Shown here: piece after piece, positions 7,057-15,098 of the stretch | Position numbering within the stretch: the first letter of the stretch is position 1 | How the letters are laid out: every line of letters begins with the position of its first letter | Virus record (IMG/VR): IMGVR_UViG_3300008116_000002 | Source of the DNA: a virus | Lineage: Duplodnaviria; Caudoviricetes | Direction: 5' to 3' (one strand) | DNA: 64,000 nucleotides | The notes under the pieces: model-generated | What the model was told of the DNA's origin: nothing | What the model saw: the letters and a program-made list of their open reading frames with translations, nothing else | Database searches by the model: none | Made by a program: the position numbers and the translations under genes

Positions 7057-7857
7057 ATGAAAAGTATTAAAGAAAAGCAAAATTTGGTCAACTTGGCTAA
7101 AGCATTGGGTCAGAATGCTGACCCTACTTTGGTTAAAGAACTTGCTGCTTTCAATGCCATTAAGCAAGACGCTCATGCATCAATTAAAAAAACTGCGTTG
7201 AAAGATCTGACGGAGGCATTTAAAAAAGTAGATTTGGAAAAAGAAATACAACAGGTTATCGAATATCCTGTTCCTCCAACTTTAGATGAGGTGTTACAAA
7301 CTTTAAAAGAAGAGGATAACACAAATGAGCTGGTACAACCACAAACCGAAGAAGCACCCATCCGAGAATCAGAAACAACCGACCCCGAACCAACCCTCGC
7401 CGAAAGAGCCGCAAAGGTAATTAGCGAAGCTCCGAAAAAAGATAGCTTTCAACAACCTGATCCTGATCCAGTAGAAAAGAATTTTAGAGATGTACAATTA
7501 AAATTAAAATTCTTAGAACAAGCTATTGGTAAAATTGCAGCATATGGACCAGGCGGCGGTGCGGGCGATACAACATCAATTACATCGTATACGAAGTTAG
7601 TAACCTCTTCTACTTATGTGGTTAGTAGAAAAGATTACTATGTAGGAATAAATTACTCGGGTGCTACTACTATAACTCTACCTTCTATAAATGTGGAGAA
7701 TGGTAGACAGTTGGTAATTAAAGATGAATCTGGTAATGCAAGTTTAAATCCAATTACTGTTTTGGGTAATGTAGACAATGATCCGAATGGATTTATTATA
7801 AAAATAAACAATGGCGGAATACAATTAATTTATAGAAATGGTTGGAGAATAATATGA
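7057..7857 (+). CDS. hypothetical virion-associated protein
   Basis: 266 aa ORF; helical N-terminus, GPGGG linker, beta-rich C-terminus (DYYVGIN...TITLP...VIKDESG) seen in phage structural proteins. Confidence 0.55.
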   Translation: MKSIKEKQNLVNLAKALGQNADPTLVKELAAFNAIKQDAHASIKKTALKDLTEAFKKVDLEKEIQQVIEYPVPPTLDEVLQTLKEEDNTNELVQPQTEEAPIRESETTDPEPTLAERAAKVISEAPKKDSFQQPDPDPVEKNFRDVQLKLKFLEQAIGKIAAYGPGGGAGDTTSITSYTKLVTSSTYVVSRKDYYVGINYSGATTITLPSINVENGRQLVIKDESGNASLNPITVLGNVDNDPNGFIIKINNGGIQLIYRNGWRII

Positions 7858-9215
7858 CATATCTTTTTAGTAATACCGTCATTGTTGCTAATGAAGTGGA
7901 AATAAAAAATGATGCAGCTAACACTTTACCTATAAGTATAATACATGAGGGAAATGTTGTAAATCATTATAATGAGCTTCCTGTAACATTGTCAGCAGGT
8001 GCATCTGACGCATTTGGTAGATTGAGAATTAGTAATCCTTACACATTGGGAGATTACAAACACTTATATGGCATCGATCCCAATTTTATAGATAAACTTG
8101 ATAACGGCGGAACCATTGCGTTCGTTAGAAATCAAGCATGCGCAAAGCTAGCCACAAATGCACACCCCCATAGTAATGTTATACATCAAACTAAAATGTA
8201 TCATCATTATATGCCGGGCAAGAGTCAGTTAATAAAAAGCACCTTTAATTTTTATTCTAACACCACAAACGTAATTAAACGTACCGGATATTTTGACGAG
8301 TATAATGGTATTTATTTTGAACAAGATGGCAATGGAGTTCTAAGTTTTTGTATAAGAACAGATGTATCTGGTTCAGCAAGTGATGCTAGAAAGATACCAC
8401 AAAGTCAATGGAATGTAGACAAATGTGATGGTACGGGACCTTCAAAGTTTAACCTAGATATCACAAAGACACAAATTCTTTTTATAGATTTTCAGTGGTT
8501 AGGCGTTGGTAGAGTACGCTGTGGATTTGTGCATGATGGTATTTTTATATCCGCCCATGAATTTTATAACAGTAATAACTTAGATGTAGTTTATATGAGT
8601 AATCCTAATCTACCAGTTAGATGTGAGATTAGAAATGTTGGTGCTACCACCGGAGCGAATCTAGATCAAATTTGTTCTACTGTAATTAGTGAAGGCGGTT
8701 ATGTGGAATCGGGACAGGATTGGGGGGTAACTAGTCCTAGTTCCCGTTCGCTAAATTCTGGTAATACTTTACCAATTATGGCAATTAAACTAGCACCAAC
8801 TCTGCGAGGATATCCGAATCGAGAAACCGTAAGAATGGGGCAAATAAGTTTATACAGTTCTGCTAGTACAATTAAATATAAACTGATAAAGCTTCCAAAC
8901 GAAGGTTTTTTAATAGGTGGCGACTGGGCAAATGTTAATATAGAAAGCGGAGTTTTATATAACTCAAATGCGACTCTGTCTATTGATGGCGAAGAAATTG
9001 ATAATGGGTTCATAACCGCAACTGCTGGTTCGGGGTCATCGGGTAAAGCGACTGCGGGAACTGCAACACCAAATGCCCCAAGTGTTGCTAAGAAAAATTT
9101 CATTACGCAGAATTACTTCAATTCTAATAGCGAAGTTTTTGTAGTAGTCGTTACCAATATTGGGCCAGATCCAACAACTGTGGAAGCTGGGGTGCAATGG
9201 CGTGAGATTTACTGA
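7854..9215 (+). CDS. hypothetical structural protein
   Basis: ATGA overlap with the previous gene; DAFGRLRIS and W.GVG.VR.G motifs; beta-rich. Confidence 0.6.
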   Translation: MTYLFSNTVIVANEVEIKNDAANTLPISIIHEGNVVNHYNELPVTLSAGASDAFGRLRISNPYTLGDYKHLYGIDPNFIDKLDNGGTIAFVRNQACAKLATNAHPHSNVIHQTKMYHHYMPGKSQLIKSTFNFYSNTTNVIKRTGYFDEYNGIYFEQDGNGVLSFCIRTDVSGSASDARKIPQSQWNVDKCDGTGPSKFNLDITKTQILFIDFQWLGVGRVRCGFVHDGIFISAHEFYNSNNLDVVYMSNPNLPVRCEIRNVGATTGANLDQICSTVISEGGYVESGQDWGVTSPSSRSLNSGNTLPIMAIKLAPTLRGYPNRETVRMGQISLYSSASTIKYKLIKLPNEGFLIGGDWANVNIESGVLYNSNATLSIDGEEIDNGFITATAGSGSSGKATAGTATPNAPSVAKKNFITQNYFNSNSEVFVVVVTNIGPDPTTVEAGVQWREIY

Positions 9216-9231
9216 TCCAAATATCAAAACA

Positions 9232-9239
9232 TATAAATA
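9232..9239 (+). promoter_or_regulatory. T4-type late promoter (TATAAATA)
   Basis: Exact motif upstream of 9266. Confidence 0.7.
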
Positions 9240-9265
9240 ATAAGAATTATATTCTGATAGAGCTC

Positions 9266-11101
9266 ATGAAATTTAAAGATTACATCCGAGAAGAAGCCAG
9301 CAAACCTGATACCATAGTAGTCCTTAATGGCCGCATGAATCCAATGACTCGTGGCCACGAGGAAAATATAAATGGTATGCTAAAATTTGCCAAAAATCAC
9401 AAAGCTGATCATTTGGTAATCGCTTCCCATTCTCATGATAGTAAGAAAAATCCATTAACTCCAGAACAAAAATTAAAGCATCTTAAAAGAGCTTTTCCCG
9501 GGGTTAATATAAAAACGTCATCTAAAGAACATCCTACAATATTTCATCAGCTATCTCAGGTACATTCTCAGGGGTATTCCCATGTGGTATTGCCCTCCGG
9601 TTCCGACCGCACTGAGGATTATGATAGAATAAAAGAATATAATGGTAAGCATGGCAAACATGGTTACTATAACTTTAAGACAATTACAACTGCCAGCACC
9701 GGAGAAAGACAAGAAGGTATCTCAGGAACAGACATGAGAAATCATGTTACTAATAATAATTTTAAAAAGTTCAGAGAAAATCTTCCTTCTAAATTATCTG
9801 CAAATGAACAGCATGCCAGAGAAGTGTTTAATGATGTAAAGACTGGGCTGACACCAAAGAAAAAAGTTACCGAGGATTATGAAAATCCAAATCGCTTTGA
9901 TTGGGGCACTCCTGGCGGTACTAAGTATATGCAGAAAATGACTCCGAATAAACCTATTGAGTGCGTAACGCCCAATGAGGTCTGGAGCGAAAAGATGGGA
10001 ATGTGTGTTCCTATTAGAGAAGCATATATTAATAATGAAATTTTTAAATTGGATGAAATCGTTGAAGCAAAAAATGGTGACAAAGGTCCTATCGTATTTC
10101 GAGGATCAACCTATGTTACTATAAAATTAAACGAAGGTGTTACTGTTAAGCACTGGCTTAAAGATATTAAAGAGTCAACCGGCAAACTTGTTGAAAAGAA
10201 AACTACTGAGCCTGTTGTAACTTATAAGAAAAGATTTAGCGAAAAGAGAATACCTGCCTTATTAATGACTAAGGAACAACTTGTAGAAATGAATAAAGAA
10301 AATTCTCAAATTACCTACATGGGATATAAGACAGAGCATTTTGATATGTGCCCCTCTGCACATGCTTTATTCACCAAATTAATGACTTTAGATAAATTAA
10401 ATCCTAAGTACATTCTTCAAGCAATGCAGGCAACAGATCACTATTTGGGTATAGAAAAAAATGCACAGGCGAAAGGATTCGCTAACGAACAAATGGTACA
10501 TGACTTTAATATGAAATTTGCTATTGCACATGACACCTTAAATATGTTATACGTTGAAGATAAAGATTTAGAATTCATGCAAGATCATCTTAAGATTATG
10601 TCTGATTTAAGTATGCATAGAGACGGAACCTTTGCGAATGAACCTTTAGGTACAGTAACTGTACAAGGTACAAGTATGGAAGAAAGTTCAGACAGCGCTG
10701 ATTATAAAATTGTTATAGAACCCGGCGGTAGAAAACGTAAAGTTCGTATGTTTAAAGAACAAAGAAAGACAATAACTATGAATAACAAATATTCTAATCT
10801 TCGTAAAAGAATTCAAGAACTTTACGAACCAGATGCTCCTACCCATAACCGAGACATTAATTTCTCAAACGAAAAAGATGTGTTCCATGGTATAGATCAC
10901 CCAATTGCTGACCAACACGTAGATGGAAAAGCTGTTGGAATGGTATCTTTTAAATCTTTTATGAATGATCCTGTTAATCAAAGGGTGGCAGCAGAGCACG
11001 AGAAAGATAGACAAGATGTGCATAGAGCTCAAACTCAATTAGGATTGAATCCAAGCCCTGCATATAAGCAGATGAAAAAAGTAAAACAACTGGAGCCATA
11101 G
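9266..11101 (+). CDS. putative internal head protein with N-terminal HxGH-type (cytidylyltransferase-like) nucleotidyltransferase
   Basis: Starts MKFKDYIREE; NGRMNPMTRGH, KNPLTPEQKLKHLK, SGSDR, ISGTDMR motifs of the phage cytidylyltransferase-like family; long C-terminal extension. Confidence 0.7.
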   Translation: MKFKDYIREEASKPDTIVVLNGRMNPMTRGHEENINGMLKFAKNHKADHLVIASHSHDSKKNPLTPEQKLKHLKRAFPGVNIKTSSKEHPTIFHQLSQVHSQGYSHVVLPSGSDRTEDYDRIKEYNGKHGKHGYYNFKTITTASTGERQEGISGTDMRNHVTNNNFKKFRENLPSKLSANEQHAREVFNDVKTGLTPKKKVTEDYENPNRFDWGTPGGTKYMQKMTPNKPIECVTPNEVWSEKMGMCVPIREAYINNEIFKLDEIVEAKNGDKGPIVFRGSTYVTIKLNEGVTVKHWLKDIKESTGKLVEKKTTEPVVTYKKRFSEKRIPALLMTKEQLVEMNKENSQITYMGYKTEHFDMCPSAHALFTKLMTLDKLNPKYILQAMQATDHYLGIEKNAQAKGFANEQMVHDFNMKFAIAHDTLNMLYVEDKDLEFMQDHLKIMSDLSMHRDGTFANEPLGTVTVQGTSMEESSDSADYKIVIEPGGRKRKVRMFKEQRKTITMNNKYSNLRKRIQELYEPDAPTHNRDINFSNEKDVFHGIDHPIADQHVDGKAVGMVSFKSFMNDPVNQRVAAEHEKDRQDVHRAQTQLGLNPSPAYKQMKKVKQLEP

Positions 11102-11102
11102 A

Positions 11103-11537
11103 ATGGATGAATTGAAAACAGCGTTAACTAAAGTTTTAGCAAATACTTTCGTTATGTACTTTAAAGCACATGCATATCATTGGAATGTAGAGGGAATGTT
11201 TTTCCCCCAGTTCCATGAATTTTTCGGAAACCTATACGAAGAACTACACGGTGCAGTCGATCCTATTGCTGAACACATTAGAGCAATTGACGGTTACGCT
11301 CCAGCATCCTTATCAGATATAAAGTCTGCTTCTGTGATAGCAGAAAGTATGCTCATAACAGAACCTAAACAAATGATTAGTAATTTAATTTCTGATAATA
11401 ATTTAGTTATTATTTCTTTAATGCAAGCGTATCAGGAAGCAGAAAAGGTTTCGGAAATAGGGTTGGCAAATTTCCTACAAGACAGAATCGACATTCATCA
11501 AAAACATGGTTGGATGCTAAAGGCTAGTGCAAAATGA
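11103..11537 (+). CDS. dps: Dps/ferritin-like DNA-protecting protein
   Basis: KAHAYHWNVEG..F.QFHEFFGNLYEE...D.IAEHIR ferroxidase signature; HQKHGWML. Confidence 0.9.
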   Translation: MDELKTALTKVLANTFVMYFKAHAYHWNVEGMFFPQFHEFFGNLYEELHGAVDPIAEHIRAIDGYAPASLSDIKSASVIAESMLITEPKQMISNLISDNNLVIISLMQAYQEAEKVSEIGLANFLQDRIDIHQKHGWMLKASAK

Positions 11538-11977
11538 TTACATTTAAAAATTTTACTCAGGAAATTTCAGAAGAAGATATCGATAATCTAATCGAATCTT
11601 TAGAATGGGAAGATGTCATTGAGCTTTTTGATGAGGAAAATTTTATATTAGACGAGGCTATCTCCGCAACTGAAAGACTTAAGCGTGGGCAAAAGATGCG
11701 CTCAAGAAAAGAGATGCTTAAGATTGCAAGAAATATTAAGTTAAAAAGAGCTGCAAATACAGATGTTTTAAAAAGAAGATCTAAAGTGTCTGCAAGAAAA
11801 CTTCTTATGAGAAAGTTTCTGAAGGGAAGAAGCAAGTCTGATCTTTCCGCAGGAGAAAAAAGTGCGTTGGAAGCTAGAATTTCTGCAGCGCTAAAAATGG
11901 CGAAAAATCTTCCAGATAGATTAATGCCAAAGGTTAGAGATATTGAAAGAAAACGTTTGCATAGTAGGGGAAAATGA
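11534..11977 (+). CDS. putative internal head protein, basic DNA-binding C-terminus
   Basis: Starts MITFKNFTQE; acidic N-half, highly Lys/Arg-rich C-half. Confidence 0.6.
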   Translation: MITFKNFTQEISEEDIDNLIESLEWEDVIELFDEENFILDEAISATERLKRGQKMRSRKEMLKIARNIKLKRAANTDVLKRRSKVSARKLLMRKFLKGRSKSDLSAGEKSALEARISAALKMAKNLPDRLMPKVRDIERKRLHSRGK

Positions 11978-12798
11978 GCATGAAGTTTAAAGAACTCAGA
12001 GAAAGTATTACCTCTAGAATGATATCCATGGCGGTGAAACATACTACACCAAAGAAAAAATCCATGGTGAAAGAAGGTGAGGCAGAGGATTCTTTAGCTA
12101 AATCGGATAAAGACAAGTTTAAGTCCAAATCTTATATGGATAATGATGGCGGTGCGGCGGTACCAAAGAACTTTAATGGTGCTGACAAATATATGGATAA
12201 AGGCCCTGCTAGCGGTACTGTAAAGAAAACTTATATGGATAAAGGCCCGGCTACTCCTCCTGTAGTAAAAGAGGAATATCCGCAAATAGGAGATGGAATT
12301 TATCTAGAATTAGATGATGTTTTAATTGAAACAGAAATTATAGATGAAACCGAAGATGGTTTTATTATTTACATGGATGAGCAAAGTGAAACTTTAGTAT
12401 CAAAAATTCCTGAGTTTATTTTTGGGAAAGATACTGTTGATTCTTTGAAAAGAATTAAAGATAGGGATCGTGAAAATCAGGATCCTATGAAGAAAACTGC
12501 AGCTGCTGCAGATTTTTGGAGTAAAAGATTAAACAATCCTACAGGAAAAAATGTTAATGAAGCAGAGTATCAGGGTCGGGATGTTTCATTAAATAAACCA
12601 ATGGCGGGCGATGTAGCTAAATCAAAAGTTTATGTTAAGGGGCCCAGCGGAAGAGTAGTGAAAGTAAATTTCGGTGATAAAAATCTTAGTATTAAAAAGC
12701 ATATTCCTGCCAGAAGAAAATCTTTTAGAGCAAGGCACAAATGCGAAACCCCTGGACCAAAACACAAAGCAAGGTATTGGTCGTGTAAAGCTTGGTAA
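11974..12798 (+). CDS. conserved T4-like phage hypothetical (head-associated)
   Basis: MSMKFKELRES start; C-terminal KVYVKGPSGRVVKVNFG...RRKSFRARHKC..PGPK.KARYWSCKAW domain. Confidence 0.65.
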   Translation: MSMKFKELRESITSRMISMAVKHTTPKKKSMVKEGEAEDSLAKSDKDKFKSKSYMDNDGGAAVPKNFNGADKYMDKGPASGTVKKTYMDKGPATPPVVKEEYPQIGDGIYLELDDVLIETEIIDETEDGFIIYMDEQSETLVSKIPEFIFGKDTVDSLKRIKDRDRENQDPMKKTAAAADFWSKRLNNPTGKNVNEAEYQGRDVSLNKPMAGDVAKSKVYVKGPSGRVVKVNFGDKNLSIKKHIPARRKSFRARHKCETPGPKHKARYWSCKAW

Positions 12799-12852
12799 TA
12801 GGCATCATTTTTTAATAATAAATAATTTAAGTAACATTAAAAGGAAATAAAA

Positions 12853-14157
12853 ATGGCACGTATAACAAACAACTTATTTGAATCAATTCAAAAAGTGACT
12901 GCCGGCGAAGTCGTAGAAAGTTCGGTAGATAAAGCTCATTACTGCGCTACACACGTAGAACACGCTCTTTTGGGCTATGGACAATGTATTTCAGAACAAC
13001 ATGCTGAACCAGATGAGAATGGCGATATTGCATGGTATACTGTTCAATTCCCAACGGGAACTCATAAAATTTCTACAAACCAACTTAGAGTTGTAGAAGG
13101 CAAATCTCATATGCATTCTAAGAAGATGGCTGAAGATACCGAAGCCATCGAGGAAGCTGAAGGCGGAATTCCAAAGACCGACAGACATAAAAAATTAGCA
13201 TCGCATTATGGCGATCCAAATCGCATTACCAGAGGCGATGTCATCACTGCTGCTAAAAAGAATGCAATGAAGGAAGCTAAAGATGTAAGCGCTTTCGATT
13301 GGAAGAGTAAATCTAAGGCACCTGAAAGTAAATTTTCGGCTAAGAAAACTGCTTCCGGAACCATTTATACTAAAAAGTATAAAGAGGAAAAGGATGATGA
13401 TGATTTAAAATCACCTTCAAGAAGAGCTAGAGATTCTGCAGCAGTTCTCGGTAAAGGTGAAGTAAGAAAACAAAAATCCATGAAAGAGGGAACCATGCAA
13501 ACAGTTATTAACCATAATGACTTCGTATTAGAAGTCACAGACAATCCTACGTTTAAAGATTATTTTGCAGCAATGCAAGCAATTGTTCCTTCTCTTGACG
13601 AGAACGTACAACAAGAAATGATTACAATTGCGACTGAAGCCTACAAAGAAGGTTACATTGACGTAATCTTAGAATCAATGGCAAAACAGGCATTTACTGA
13701 TAGGATAAATAATTATAGAAAAGCAGGCTATGAAGTATATAATGAAAAGTATGTAGTGAATTCTGGCGATCCATACGTAGAATATACTGTAGAAAAGAAC
13801 GGCGAAGTAACGAAGTATGTACATACCGGTGTTGCTATGCAAGTTAGTGAAGAAGATGAGATTCAGACTTCTGTAGATTCTCAGGGTCGTATTCGTTATA
13901 TGAAAGATCCAAAGAATCCTAGTCCACAAAAATCATCTGTAGATGATAAAGGTAGACTACAATATAAGGATACAGACAGACCAAATTCTTCTTCCGTAGA
14001 TGATCAAGGTCGTATTCAGTATATGAGAGATCCAAATAATCCTACTCCTCAGTATTCTTCAGTTGATTCTAAGGGTAGACTACAGTACAAGGGACCTACT
14101 GCTGGTCCTCAGCAAACTACTGTAGATGACAAAGATAGAATTATCTTCCGTAAGTAA
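12853..14157 (+). CDS. multidomain hypothetical head/prohead-core-like protein
   Basis: 434 aa; LFESIQKV N-terminus, CATHVEH domain, C-terminal repeats. Confidence 0.55.
   Translation: MARITNNLFESIQKVTAGEVVESSVDKAHYCATHVEHALLGYGQCISEQHAEPDENGDIAWYTVQFPTGTHKISTNQLRVVEGKSHMHSKKMAEDTEAIEEAEGGIPKTDRHKKLASHYGDPNRITRGDVITAAKKNAMKEAKDVSAFDWKSKSKAPESKFSAKKTASGTIYTKKYKEEKDDDDLKSPSRRARDSAAVLGKGEVRKQKSMKEGTMQTVINHNDFVLEVTDNPTFKDYFAAMQAIVPSLDENVQQEMITIATEAYKEGYIDVILESMAKQAFTDRINNYRKAGYEVYNEKYVVNSGDPYVEYTVEKNGEVTKYVHTGVAMQVSEEDEIQTSVDSQGRIRYMKDPKNPSPQKSSVDDKGRLQYKDTDRPNSSSVDDQGRIQYMRDPNNPTPQYSSVDSKGRLQYKGPTAGPQQTTVDDKDRIIFRK
13864..14154 (+). repeat. five imperfect SVDxxGR(I/L)xY peptide repeats
   Basis: SVDSQGRIRY, SVDDKGRLQY, SVDDQGRIQY, SVDSKGRLQY, TVDDKDRIIF; 123-bp higher-order period (13873 to 13996). 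Confidence 0.85.
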
Positions 14158-14217
14158 TGGCGTAAGCCCGACAGGTCGGGGTCGTTAGCCCGATCAAAAA
14201 ATAATAAGGAGAGCAAA

Positions 14218-15072
14218 ATGTCTCAATGGGGCAATTTAGATTACAAAGAATTGTTGGGAACCGCGGCAGTAGTTGAGGGCGCAACTAACGTAACAACAAC
14301 AATCGGTAGCTTTACTACAGCTAACGTAAGACCAGGAGACGCTCTTCTGATTTCGAACGTTAAGTATAGAGTAGCAGCTATTACTTCTAATACAACTTTA
14401 ACACTAAGTAATGCCTATACTGCAGCAACAGGTGCAGGCAGGGCAATGGCTATACAACAATCGCCTAAAGATCTTCTAACCTATGGTTGGACGTCAAACG
14501 TTAATTACGATAACCTAGTAGGTAAGCGTAATGTATTTGGTGTAGATAAATTAGAAGTTCAAAATCCTGATGTAAAAGCCAAAGGTATTAACTCACCAGG
14601 CTGGGTGCATTATAAGACTTGGACAAACACTCAGGGCTCTACTCGTCACAGAGCAGAAACTTTAGTTGCAATGTCGAAGAACTTTAATAGTAATGCTATT
14701 CCTTCACTGCAACTTGATGCACCAGATGATGCAACAATTCCTGATTATGGTGTAACCGTTTCAACAGTTAGTGCAACTAAGACAGGTACTGCGGCATCAC
14801 CAAGTGCAATTTATGCGGCAACAGGAACAGTTATTCCTTCAGGTCCGACCCCAACATATACATGGCAGTTCTCGCCAAATAATATCGTTTGGGTAGGTCT
14901 ATTGAACAACGATGGTCCGGTAAACACAGGAAATGCTACATCGTCAATAACTCTATCTAATATCTACGCAACACCTAATGTTATTAGTGGTTATGTAAGA
15001 GTTGTAGTTGGTGCAGCAGGAACAACTGATACAGCAACATCTGCAGCATTCCAGATTGTAGCAGGTTCCTAA
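14218..15072 (+). CDS. virion structural protein
   Basis: RBS TAAGGAG; MSQWG start, PGWVHYKTW...RHRAETLVAMS motif, Ig-like C-terminus. Confidence 0.6.
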   Translation: MSQWGNLDYKELLGTAAVVEGATNVTTTIGSFTTANVRPGDALLISNVKYRVAAITSNTTLTLSNAYTAATGAGRAMAIQQSPKDLLTYGWTSNVNYDNLVGKRNVFGVDKLEVQNPDVKAKGINSPGWVHYKTWTNTQGSTRHRAETLVAMSKNFNSNAIPSLQLDAPDDATIPDYGVTVSTVSATKTGTAASPSAIYAATGTVIPSGPTPTYTWQFSPNNIVWVGLLNNDGPVNTGNATSSITLSNIYATPNVISGYVRVVVGAAGTTDTATSAAFQIVAGS

Positions 15073-15098
15073 TTAGTGAAATAAATTAAAAGAAAATA

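Noticed and set aside
14161-14195. Assignment to a known riboswitch or ribozyme class
   Set aside because: Too short and lacks the conserved motifs of classes I can recognise; kept only as an unexplained structure
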